A DNA stretch of 64,000 nt from Dehalococcoidia bacterium (GTDB lineage: Bacteria; Chloroflexota; Dehalococcoidia; UBA2979), in assembly GCA_963667465.2 (NCBI GenBank), contig CAXXDN010000001.1, positions 480,001-544,000 on the forward strand. Reading direction: 5' to 3'. The position numbers were made by a program, and so were the translations under genes. Below the pieces are notes generated by a model. That model worked only from the letters and a program-made list of their open reading frames with translations, searched no databases and was not told where the DNA came from. Positions within the stretch are counted from its first letter, which is position 1, and each line of letters begins with the position of its first letter. Of this stretch, positions 52,725 to 60,859 are shown piece after piece.

Positions 52725-53258
52725 TCAGACGATCGAGTCGCTCTTCTGCCGGTTACAGTCTCCACACAGGATCTGGATGTTGTCGATCGCGTTGCCGCCG
52801 CCCTTCGCAACCGGGATGACGTGGTCAAACTGCAACTCGTCCTCGCTACCGCACTGTACGCAGCGGCCGGCGTCGCGCTCCCAGACGAACGCGCGCACCT
52901 CGTCGGGGATGCGCTCGCGGCGGGCCGACGCGACCTCCTCGTCCCGCGCGCGGATCTTGCGCAGGCGGTCCAGCCGCGAGTCCTGCCGCCGCTGGCGATC
53001 CCAGACGAGGAGCTCGACGTCCTCGCCCGACAGCTCCGGATCGGCCCAGAACAGCCCCGCGTTCGTCCACCACAGCACGCGCTCGTCCTCGCGACCGATC
53101 CGGACCGCGCCCGCCGCCTCGAGCTCCCTGGAGGCGCGTCGGTACTCGCTGTTGGTGAGGTCGAAGTAGCGGGTCTTCGCGGTAAAGAACTTCCAGTTGG
53201 TGAAGACCCAGAAGCCGCTTTTCTCGATCCGCCCACTGCTGACCTTCCTGAGGCTCAT
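52725..53258 (-). CDS. HNH endonuclease
   Basis: VWERDAGRCVQCG..DHVIPVAKGG..NIQILCGDCNRQK. Confidence 0.9.
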   Translation of the reverse strand: MSLRKVSSGRIEKSGFWVFTNWKFFTAKTRYFDLTNSEYRRASRELEAAGAVRIGREDERVLWWTNAGLFWADPELSGEDVELLVWDRQRRQDSRLDRLRKIRARDEEVASARRERIPDEVRAFVWERDAGRCVQCGSEDELQFDHVIPVAKGGGNAIDNIQILCGDCNRQKSDSIV

Positions 53259-53268
53259 GTCGCCCCTC

Positions 53269-53808
53269 TCAGTACGTCACCAGCGACGTTACCCCGTGCG
53301 GGGCCAGCCGGTCGCGTCCGCCGAGCTCGGCGAGCTCGACGACAAAGGCGAAGCCGGCCACCTCGCCGCCGAGCTTGGCGACCAGCTGCGCCGCCGCCTC
53401 GGCGGTCCCGCCGGTCGCGATCAGATCGTCGACGATCGCGACGCGGTGGCCGTCCACGGAGGGGTCGCGATGCGCCTCGAGCGACGCGCTCCCGTACTCC
53501 AGCTCGTAGGCGACGGAGGCCCGTTCGGCGGGCAGCTTGCCCGGCTTGCGCATCGGCACGAACGGCACGCCGAGGCGCTCCGCGACCGGCACGCCGAAGA
53601 TGAAGCCGCGCGCCTCGATCCCGGCGATGAGGGTCGCGCCGTAGTCGCGCGCCACCGCGGCGAGGGCGTCGTTGGTTTCGCGCAGGCCGGCGGGGTCGTG
53701 CAGCAGCGGCGTGATGTCGCGGAAGAGGATGCCGGGCTCCGGGAAGTCCGGGATCGCGCGGATCAGCGCGCGCAGGCGTTCGCCGTCCAGCGGGGCAGAT
53801 GCCGTCAT
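53269..53808 (-). CDS. apt: Adenine phosphoribosyltransferase
   Basis: PDFPEPGILFRDIT, EARGF, RKPGKLP, VDDLIATGGT. Confidence 0.97.
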   Translation of the reverse strand: MTASAPLDGERLRALIRAIPDFPEPGILFRDITPLLHDPAGLRETNDALAAVARDYGATLIAGIEARGFIFGVPVAERLGVPFVPMRKPGKLPAERASVAYELEYGSASLEAHRDPSVDGHRVAIVDDLIATGGTAEAAAQLVAKLGGEVAGFAFVVELAELGGRDRLAPHGVTSLVTY

Positions 53809-53814
53809 GCGTCG

Positions 53815-53843
53815 ATGCTGAGCCGCGCCGCGAACCGGGTCAA
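53815..53843 (-). promoter_or_regulatory. Leaderless-type promoter for apt operon
   Basis: Minus strand: TTGACC, 17 bp, CAGCAT, 6 nt, ATG. Confidence 0.55.
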
Positions 53844-53895
53844 GCGCGCCCGGCTGCCTGTCCGTCGCTCGCGGCGTGGTGCTAGCATCGCGCGA

Positions 53896-54711
53896 ATGCT
53901 GGAGCCACCCGTCGACCCCTTCGCGCAGATCGCGCCCTTCTACGACCTCGATCTCGAGGGCTTCGACGACGATCTTGCGCTCTATCTCGCGCTCGCCGAC
54001 CGAGCGGCGGCGCGCGACAGCGGCGAGGACGTGCTGGAGCTTGGCTGCGGCACCGGCCGCGTCGCCCACGCCCTCGCCGGCGCCGGGTTCGGCGTCGCTG
54101 GCGTCGACTACAGCGCGGCGATGATCGAGGCCGCCCGCGTGCGCACCGAGGGCCTGCCCGTCCGCCTCGTCGAGGGCGACATGCGCAGCCTCGCGCTCGC
54201 TGAGCGATACGGCCTTGTGCTGATCCCGCTCGGCGGCCTCCAGCATCTCGAGACGACCGAGGACATCGCGGCGGCCTTCGCCAGCGTCGCCGTGCATCTC
54301 GCGCCCGACGGGATCGCGGCCGTCGACGTCGAGGCGCCGCACGCCGACGACTGGCTGCCGGGTCCGCGCCCGCTGGTCGAGCACTGGACGCGCGCGCTGC
54401 CCTGTGAGGACGGCGACGCGCGGGTGACGAAGCTTGTCGCCGTCGAGGGCGTGCCGAGCGAGTCGCTGCGCCTCGTGACGTGGCACTTCGACGTCCAGCC
54501 GCCGTCCGGGCCGCTGCGCCGCGTCACGCAGCAGTTCGCGCTGCGCGTCATCACCGCGGGCGAGATCGAGCTGGCCGCGCGCCTTGCCGGCCTGCGGGTC
54601 GACGCCTGGTACGGCGACTACGAGGGCGGCCCGCCGCGCGACGGCGACGAGCGGCTGATCGCCGTGCTCTCGCACGACGCGGACGCCGCCGAGCCGGGGG
54701 ACGCGCCGTGA
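53896..54711 (+). CDS. Class I SAM-dependent methyltransferase
   Basis: VLELGCGTGR, GVDYS, EGDMR. Confidence 0.88.
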   Translation: MLEPPVDPFAQIAPFYDLDLEGFDDDLALYLALADRAAARDSGEDVLELGCGTGRVAHALAGAGFGVAGVDYSAAMIEAARVRTEGLPVRLVEGDMRSLALAERYGLVLIPLGGLQHLETTEDIAAAFASVAVHLAPDGIAAVDVEAPHADDWLPGPRPLVEHWTRALPCEDGDARVTKLVAVEGVPSESLRLVTWHFDVQPPSGPLRRVTQQFALRVITAGEIELAARLAGLRVDAWYGDYEGGPPRDGDERLIAVLSHDADAAEPGDAP

Positions 54712-55709
54712 CCCGCATCGCGCTCGATGGGATGGGCGGCGATTTCGCGCCCGCGGCGACGGCCGAGGGCGCGATCACGGCGGCTCGCGAGGGCATCCAG
54801 GTCGCTCTCGTCGGTGACGGGCAGCGTCTCCAGGCTGAGATCGAGCGGCTTGGCGGCGCGCCTGCGGGGCTGCGCGTGGTACACGCCCCGGACGTGATCG
54901 AGATGGGGGACCAGGCGGCTCGCGAGGCGGTCCGCCGCAAGGCGTCCTCGGCGTATGTGGGCGTCCGGCTCGTCCACGACGGCGAGGCGGACGCTTTCGT
55001 CTCGGCCGGCAACACGGGCGCCGTCTTCGTCGTTGCCCTGCTCGTGCTGGGGCGGCTGCCGGGCGTCGAGCGGCCTGCGATCGGCGCGCCGATTCCCTTC
55101 CCGAAGGGAATCACGCTACTGCTCGACGCCGGGGCGAACGCGGAGTGCCGCGCCTCCCACCTCGTGCAGTTCGCGCACCTCGGCAGCAGCTACATGCGCG
55201 CCGCGCGCGGCGTGGCCGAGCCGCGGGTCGGCCTGCTCAACATCGGCGAGGAGGGCAACAAGGGGTCGCCGCTCACCATCGAGACGTACGAACGACTCAG
55301 CGAGTCCGGCCTGCGCTTCGTCGGCAACATCGAGGGGCGCGACCTGGTCGAGAACCGCGCCGACGTGGCGGTGACGGACGGCTTTACGGGCAATGTCGTG
55401 CTCAAGCTCGGCGAGGGCCTGATGGAGCTGCTGATGGGCGAGCTGCGGAGTGCCGTTGAGACCTCCTGGCGAGGCCGCCTCGGCGGGCTGCTGATTCGCC
55501 CGGCGGCGCGCAAGGTGCGCGATTCGCTGGACTACCGCGCGCACGGCGCCGCGCCGCTGCTGGGTATCGACGGCTCCGTCTTCATCGCGCACGGCACGAG
55601 CGACGCCTTCGCGATCGCGAACGCGCTGCGCAGCGCCGCCGCCGATGTGGAGCGCGGCGCGCTTGCCGCGCTGCGCGGCGCGATGGAGGCGCAGTCCGGC
55701 GGGGAGTAG
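54708..55709 (+). CDS. plsX: Phosphate acyltransferase PlsX
   Basis: IALDGMGGDFAP, SAGNTGA, LLDAGAN, GNIEG, DGFTGN. Confidence 0.96.
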   Translation: MTRIALDGMGGDFAPAATAEGAITAAREGIQVALVGDGQRLQAEIERLGGAPAGLRVVHAPDVIEMGDQAAREAVRRKASSAYVGVRLVHDGEADAFVSAGNTGAVFVVALLVLGRLPGVERPAIGAPIPFPKGITLLLDAGANAECRASHLVQFAHLGSSYMRAARGVAEPRVGLLNIGEEGNKGSPLTIETYERLSESGLRFVGNIEGRDLVENRADVAVTDGFTGNVVLKLGEGLMELLMGELRSAVETSWRGRLGGLLIRPAARKVRDSLDYRAHGAAPLLGIDGSVFIAHGTSDAFAIANALRSAAADVERGALAALRGAMEAQSGGE

Positions 55710-55808
55710 CAGGGCTCCGGCCGCAGTCAGGCGGGCGCGCGCTGGCGCTGCGTGAGATACTGGATCGAGGCCCGACGGGTGCCGGTGACTGAAGGGGGAA
55801 TGCACGCC

Positions 55809-56135
55809 ATGGCGATGCCGACCGACACGACGGACGCGACGTTCAACTCGGACGTGATCGAGAACGATGACCCGGTGCTGGTCGACTTCTGGGCGCCCTG
55901 GTGCGGTCCCTGCCGCATGGTCGCCCCGATCGTCGAGGAGCTCGCCGAGGAGTACGACGGCCGCGTGAAGTTCGTGAAGCTCAACACCGACGAGAACCCG
56001 ATGACCGCCGGCCAGTACGGGATCCGCTCGATCCCCACACTGCTCGTCTTCAAGGGCGGCGAGCCGGTCGGCCAGATCGTCGGCTTCCGCCCCAAGGGCG
56101 ACCTCGCGAAGCAGCTCGACGCCGCGCTGGTGTAG
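55809..56135 (+). CDS. trxA: Thioredoxin
   Basis: VDFWAPWCGPC, IRSIPTL. Confidence 0.97.
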   Translation: MAMPTDTTDATFNSDVIENDDPVLVDFWAPWCGPCRMVAPIVEELAEEYDGRVKFVKLNTDENPMTAGQYGIRSIPTLLVFKGGEPVGQIVGFRPKGDLAKQLDAALV

Positions 56136-56166
56136 CCCGCGCGGCGCACAAGAGCCCGAAGCTGAA

Positions 56167-56200
56167 ACGGGCGCCCCGCCAGTTGGCGAGGGCGCCCGTC
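56167..56200. terminator. GC-rich hairpin after trxA (putative bidirectional terminator)
   Basis: ACGGGCGCCC-CGCCAGTTGGCG-AGGGCGCCCGT inverted repeat between convergent genes. Confidence 0.5.
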
Positions 56201-56917
56201 GCGTGTCGGCGGCGCGCGCCGCCGCCGCGACGGAGCGGCGGCCTCCGCTCTGCCCCGGCGGGACTGGCCGACGGCAGGCGCGGAGCCCCGCTCAGAAGTA
56301 CTTCTCGCTGCCGCCGTAGCCCAGTTGCCTCCCCCGCTCCGTAGCCTTGATGAAACTCCGCAGGCGGCTTTCGAACACCTCCGGGCGCGCCCTGCCGGTA
56401 TCGATGTACGCCACGCGGATGCGGCGGTATGCGGCGGAGAAGCCCTCGTAGTGCGTCCACGCCTGATCGTTCGCCCGGATCGCGTCGAGGATGTCCTCAG
56501 GGAACACGAACTCCTCGCGCAGCACCTCCTCGACCGGCGCGCGAACGGAGGGGTGCAGCAACCCTTCGCCGGCAAGCCAGCGCAGTCGTTCCCTGTTCAG
56601 CTGGGAGTAGCGGCTGCCCCGCCTCCTCGGCGAGAACCGCTGCGCGGCCCGCAGCTCGTCCGGCTTCTTCACGATGCTGTCGATCCAGCCGAAGCAGAGC
56701 GCTTCCTCCACCGCGTCGTTGTAGGGAATGCGCGGTTCGCCCGACGCCTTGTTCGGGTAGACAAGCCAGATCTCAGGCGCCGTGCCGAAGTTCGCCTCCA
56801 GCCAGCGGCGCCACTCCGTGCGGCCGGTGACGTAGAGCGTCTCCCCGATCTCCATCGCGTGCTTCCTCGGCCGGCGGCGAGGGCGCCCGTCGTGTGGCGG
56901 CGGCGCGCGCCGCCGCC
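56185..56917. repeat. 42-bp direct repeats (56185-56226 and 56876-56917, 40/42 identical) flanking the YdeI gene
   Basis: GGCGAGGGCGCCCGTCG(C/T)GTG(T/G)CGGCGGCGCGCGCCGCCGCC. Confidence 0.85.
56292..56855 (-). CDS. YdeI/OmpD-associated family protein
   Basis: WRRWLE..IWLVY..YNDAVEEALCFGWID..RFSPRR..S.S..N. Confidence 0.85.
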   Translation of the reverse strand: MEIGETLYVTGRTEWRRWLEANFGTAPEIWLVYPNKASGEPRIPYNDAVEEALCFGWIDSIVKKPDELRAAQRFSPRRRGSRYSQLNRERLRWLAGEGLLHPSVRAPVEEVLREEFVFPEDILDAIRANDQAWTHYEGFSAAYRRIRVAYIDTGRARPEVFESRLRSFIKATERGRQLGYGGSEKYF

Positions 56918-56919
56918 CG

Positions 56920-57360
56920 TTACTTCTCGATCTTGCGGCCCTGCTTCTCCTCGAGGCGTGCGAGGGCGCGCCCCTTGTCGGGGTGCGGGTCCTTCACGAG
57001 GCCGTAGATCTCGCGGCCCTCGTGGTCTTCTGGCAGGTGTTCGGTGATGGGAAGACCTTCCTCATTACAGAACAGCAGTCAGTGGCAGTATTTGTACTTC
57101 TGCATCTCCTCGCAGGCGCAGATCCAGGTGCTGCGCTTCACCTCTTCCTCTTTGTCCTCGTAGAAGTTACAGGGGCAGAGCGGACGCCCGAGGTCGTCGA
57201 CGTGCTTGGCGAGGCCGATTACGAGGAACTCGGTGATCTCGCGCTGCGGGTGGAGGTATGAGCCGCTCTTCTCCGCGAACTTCTCCGCGAACTTCCACAT
57301 CTTATCGAGCGATTTCCCGGACGCCTGCATGCGGTCCGCATCGGTCGGTTGCTCGACCAT
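56920..57360 (-). CDS. Ferredoxin-thioredoxin reductase catalytic subunit, probable selenoprotein (Sec at codon 94, TGA 57081-57079), 146 aa
   Basis: LGRPLCPC..WICAC..KYCH-[TGA]-LLFCNEEG.. continues in frame to TAA at 56922-56920. The TGA occupies the second Cys of the FTR CHC motif and is followed by a SECIS-like hairpin. Confidence 0.88.
57038..57074 (-). promoter_or_regulatory. Bacterial SECIS element
   Basis: mRNA after UGA: UGUUC-U-GU-A-AUG-A-GGAA-GGUC-UUCC-CAU-C-AC-C-GAACA. Apical AGGUCU lies about 21 nt from the UGA. Confidence 0.8.
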
Positions 57361-57441
57361 GACACCTCTCCGTCCGTCCCGCTCGCGCTGCGGATCGAGC
57401 GTACCACGGCCGGCGGCCCGCGCCCTGATTCGCTCCGTTCG

Positions 57442-57470
57442 TTGACAGTTGCGCGGCCCGCCGTGACCAT
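57442..57470 (+). promoter_or_regulatory. Leaderless-type promoter for 2-hydroxyacid dehydrogenase
   Basis: TTGACA (57442-57447), 17 bp, GACCAT (57465-57470), 7 nt, GTG. Confidence 0.55.
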
Positions 57471-57477
57471 CCGGGCC

Positions 57478-58488
57478 GTGAGCGACGCCCCCTTCCTCGC
57501 CGTCCAGACCGAAACGTCCGACCAGGACCGCTACGCGATCGAACGCTCGATCATCGAGGCTGCCGGCGGGCGGCTGGTCGTGGCGCAGGCGGGGGGCGAG
57601 GACGAGCGCATCGAGCTGCTGCGCGAGGCGCAGGCGGTGCTCGTCAGCTCCGCGCAGATCAACCGGCGCGTGATCGAGGGGTCGCCGCGGCTCCAGCTGA
57701 TCATTCGCTACGGCGTCGGCCTCGATACGCTCGACATCCCTGCGGCGACCGAGCACGGCGTCGTTGTCGCGCACTACCCGGACTTTTGTCAGCCGGAGGT
57801 CGCGAACCACGCGATCATGCTGCTGCTTGCCGTCGCCAAGAAGCTGGTCGTGCACGACCGCGCGATCCGCGCCGGCCGCTGGGGCAGCGTCGACCGCGCC
57901 CCCGCCCCCGCGATCCACGGCCAGACGCTCGGCCTGATCTCCTTCGGCGCGATCGCCCGCGAGGTCGCCGTGCGTGCGCGGGCCCTCGGCATGACCGTGA
58001 CCGCCTACGACCCCTACGAGGGGGCCGCGACCTTCGAGGCCTGCGGCGTCCGGCGCGCCGAGAGCCTCAAGGAACTGCTGCGAGGCGCCGACCATGTCTC
58101 GGCGCACCCGCCGCTGACGGCGGAGACGCGCGGCATGATGGGCGCGGAGCAGTTCGCGCTGATGAAGCCGGGCGCGATCTTCCTCAACACCTCGCGCGGG
58201 CCGGTACACGACGAGGCGGCGTTGATCGCCGCCCTCGAGACAGGCGAGATTGGCGGTGCGGGCCTCGATGTATTCGAGTCGGAGCCGCTGGCGGAGGACT
58301 CGCCGCTGCTGGCGATGGACAACGTGGTGCTGACGCCACACTCCGCCTCGTACTCGGACCTCGCGTTCCAGCGGATGAAGGAGCGCGTCGGCAACACGGT
58401 GGTGTCGGTGCTGCGGGGGCGCTGGCCCGCGGAGTTCGCGGCGCTGCCGAACCGGCAAGCGGTCACGCCACGCGTGCCGCTCGAGTAG
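57478..58488 (+). CDS. D-isomer specific 2-hydroxyacid dehydrogenase (CtBP-like)
   Basis: RYGVGLD, EVANHA, FGAIAR, NTSRG, LDVFESEP, TPHSA. Confidence 0.9.
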   Translation: MSDAPFLAVQTETSDQDRYAIERSIIEAAGGRLVVAQAGGEDERIELLREAQAVLVSSAQINRRVIEGSPRLQLIIRYGVGLDTLDIPAATEHGVVVAHYPDFCQPEVANHAIMLLLAVAKKLVVHDRAIRAGRWGSVDRAPAPAIHGQTLGLISFGAIAREVAVRARALGMTVTAYDPYEGAATFEACGVRRAESLKELLRGADHVSAHPPLTAETRGMMGAEQFALMKPGAIFLNTSRGPVHDEAALIAALETGEIGGAGLDVFESEPLAEDSPLLAMDNVVLTPHSASYSDLAFQRMKERVGNTVVSVLRGRWPAEFAALPNRQAVTPRVPLE

Positions 58489-58549
58489 CGCGCCGCGGGA
58501 CGCACGAAGCGCAAGCACGCGCCCGCGGGCGCTTGGGAGGAGACACGAA

Positions 58550-59338
58550 ATGCGACCGAACAAGGTGCTGCGAGCATGGCGTGAGGGACGGCAGACCATC
58601 GGCGGCTGGCTGTCCACGCCCTCGGGACACTCCGCCGAGGTGATGGCCAACCTCGGCTTCGACTGGCTCTGCATCGACATGCAGCATGGGGCGGTCGACT
58701 ACTCCGATGTGATCGAGATGTGTCGCGCGATCTCGACCACGGAGACCACGCCGTTCGTGCGCGTCCCCTGGAACGACCCGGCGATGATCATGAAGGTGCT
58801 CGACGCCGGCGCCTACGGCGTGATCGTCCCCCTCGTGAACAACCGCGAGGAGGCCGAGCTGGCTGTCTGGTCCTGCCGCTACCCGCCGGACGGTGGGCGT
58901 TCCTCGGGCCCCACGCGCGCCGCGATGTACGGCGGCGCCGGCTACCAGGACGAGGCCAACGACGAGATCGCCGTGATCTGCATGATCGAGACCGAAGAGG
59001 CGCTCGAGAATCTCGACGAGATCCTCTCCACGCCCGGTGTGGACTGCGCCTACATCGGACCGTCCGACCTCGCCTATGCGATCGGCATCACGCCGACCGG
59101 CGACAACGCCGACCCGAAGCACCAGGAGACGGTGCTGGGCATCCTCGAGGCCTGCCGGCGGCACGGCGTCGCCGCGGGCGTCCACACCGGCAGCCTGGAG
59201 TACACGGTGAAGTGGCTGCAGGCGGGCTTCGACACGGCGATGCTCAACAACGACGTCGGCTTCATCCGCCAGGCGGCGGGCTCGCAGCTCGCCGAGGCGC
59301 GCTCCACTACCGGCGTCGCCAACGTTCACGAGGCGTAG
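58550..59338 (+). CDS. HpcH/HpaI class II aldolase
   Basis: FDWLCIDMQHG, VRVP, LDAGAYG, MIET, IGPSDL. Confidence 0.9.
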   Translation: MRPNKVLRAWREGRQTIGGWLSTPSGHSAEVMANLGFDWLCIDMQHGAVDYSDVIEMCRAISTTETTPFVRVPWNDPAMIMKVLDAGAYGVIVPLVNNREEAELAVWSCRYPPDGGRSSGPTRAAMYGGAGYQDEANDEIAVICMIETEEALENLDEILSTPGVDCAYIGPSDLAYAIGITPTGDNADPKHQETVLGILEACRRHGVAAGVHTGSLEYTVKWLQAGFDTAMLNNDVGFIRQAAGSQLAEARSTTGVANVHEA

Positions 59339-59341
59339 CCG

Positions 59342-60457
59342 TTGCCGGTTGTCGCGCCCGACGATCTGCGGCGCTACCTCGCGCGCATCTTCGAGGCGAC
59401 CGGCGCCCCCGCGGATGACGCCCGGGAGGTCGCCGGCCACCTTGTGGAGGCGAACCTCAAGGGCCACGACTCGCACGGCGTGATTCGCACCGCGCCGTAC
59501 ATCCTGTCGGTGCAGGAAGGCCGTGTCCGGCCGGGGGCGCCGACCGCGGTCGAGCGCGAGACGGAGACGACGGCGCTCGTCAACGGCAACTGGAACTTCG
59601 GGCAGGTCGTCGCCCGCGACGCGATGGCGATCGCGGTCGCCAAGGCGCGTGCGCAAGGCCTCGCGGCGGTTGGCGGCTACCAGGCGGCGCATATCGGGCG
59701 TGCGGGCGCCTACGGCGAGCAGGCCGCGGCGCAGGGCATGGTGGCGCTCGGCTGGGTCAACGGGCACGGCGCCAGCGCCTTCGTCGCCCCGTTCGGTGGC
59801 ACGGCGAGGCGGCTCGCCACCAACCCGCTTTTCGTCGCCGCGCCAACCGGCGACCCGGAGGCCCCGTTCGTGCTCGACATGGCGACGCCGGTGATCGCCG
59901 AGGGCAAGGTGCGGGTGGCGCGCAACCGCGACGCCGCGCTGCCGCCCGGTCGCATCATCGACGGCGACGGTCGGCCCTCGACGGACCCGCACGACCTCTA
60001 CGGCGGCGACCCGCCGGGGTCGAGGGCGGAGGGCGCGCTGCTGCCGCTCGGCGTCGCGCCGGACTACGGGGCTGGCGGTGACGGCGGCGTCGGCCACAAG
60101 GGCTACGCGCTCGCGCTCGCCATCGATCTGCTCGGCGGCGCGCTAACCGGGGCGGGCGCGACCAGTAGCAGCGGAAGCCGCGGCAACGGCTTCCTCTTCA
60201 TCGTCGTCGACCCCGAGCGCTTCGTCGGCCTCGAAGGCCTCGAGGGCGAACTCGCGAGCCTGCTCGGCTACGTGAAGCAGCCTCCATACGCCGAGGGCTT
60301 CGACGAGATCCTGACGCCGGGCGAGCCGGAACGCCGCCGCATGGCCGAGCGCCGCGACGGCATCCCCCTCGAGGACGCGACCTGGCAGCAGATCGCCGAG
60401 GCGGCCGCCTCGGTCGGCGTCGGTCCGTATGACGGGAAGATCGTCGAGGGCGGCTAA
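59342..60457 (+). CDS. Ldh_2 (malate/L-lactate/sulfolactate/YiaK-type) oxidoreductase
   Basis: GHDSHG, HIGRAG, TNP, LDMAT, GHKGYAL, PGEPE. Confidence 0.9.
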   Translation: MPVVAPDDLRRYLARIFEATGAPADDAREVAGHLVEANLKGHDSHGVIRTAPYILSVQEGRVRPGAPTAVERETETTALVNGNWNFGQVVARDAMAIAVAKARAQGLAAVGGYQAAHIGRAGAYGEQAAAQGMVALGWVNGHGASAFVAPFGGTARRLATNPLFVAAPTGDPEAPFVLDMATPVIAEGKVRVARNRDAALPPGRIIDGDGRPSTDPHDLYGGDPPGSRAEGALLPLGVAPDYGAGGDGGVGHKGYALALAIDLLGGALTGAGATSSSGSRGNGFLFIVVDPERFVGLEGLEGELASLLGYVKQPPYAEGFDEILTPGEPERRRMAERRDGIPLEDATWQQIAEAAASVGVGPYDGKIVEGG

Positions 60458-60846
60458 CTGGAGCTGTTGTCCAGCGTCAGCGGGTTCTCGCCGATCAGGT
60501 GGTCCGGCGCCGGGCGGCCCTGGCCCAGGTCCTCGGCGATGACGCGATCGAGGGCGTCCGGGGTCAGGCCCGCGTACCAGCGGCCCTCGGGGTAGACTAC
60601 GGCCACGGGCCCGCTCTCGCAGATGCGCAGGCAGCCGGCCTTCGTGCGGTAGATCGGGGGCCGGTCGCCCTCGGCGTTCAGTTCGCCGACGCGGCGCTTC
60701 AGCCGCGCCCAGGCGGCGGCGCCCTCCTTCTTCGTGCAGCAGTCCGGACCGATGCAGATGAAGACGTGGCGACCGTAGCCGCCCACGCCGCGCCGTTCCG
60801 CCTCGGCGCGTGCGTTCGACAGAGCCTTGTTCGTCTTGTCTGCCAT
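60454..60846 (-). CDS. Thioredoxin-like [2Fe-2S] ferredoxin
   Basis: HVFICIGPDCC..RTKAGCLRICESGPVAVVYPEGRWY. Confidence 0.88.
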   Translation of the reverse strand: MADKTNKALSNARAEAERRGVGGYGRHVFICIGPDCCTKKEGAAAWARLKRRVGELNAEGDRPPIYRTKAGCLRICESGPVAVVYPEGRWYAGLTPDALDRVIAEDLGQGRPAPDHLIGENPLTLDNSSS

Positions 60847-60859
60847 GCGTCCCTCGCCT

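Noticed and set aside
57079-58680. 533-aa ORF on the minus strand, or an FTR pseudogene ending at the TGA
   Set aside because: The upstream part is antisense shadow of the dehydrogenase gene. The real gene starts at 57360, and the TGA is best explained as Sec because of the SECIS and the continued reading frame.
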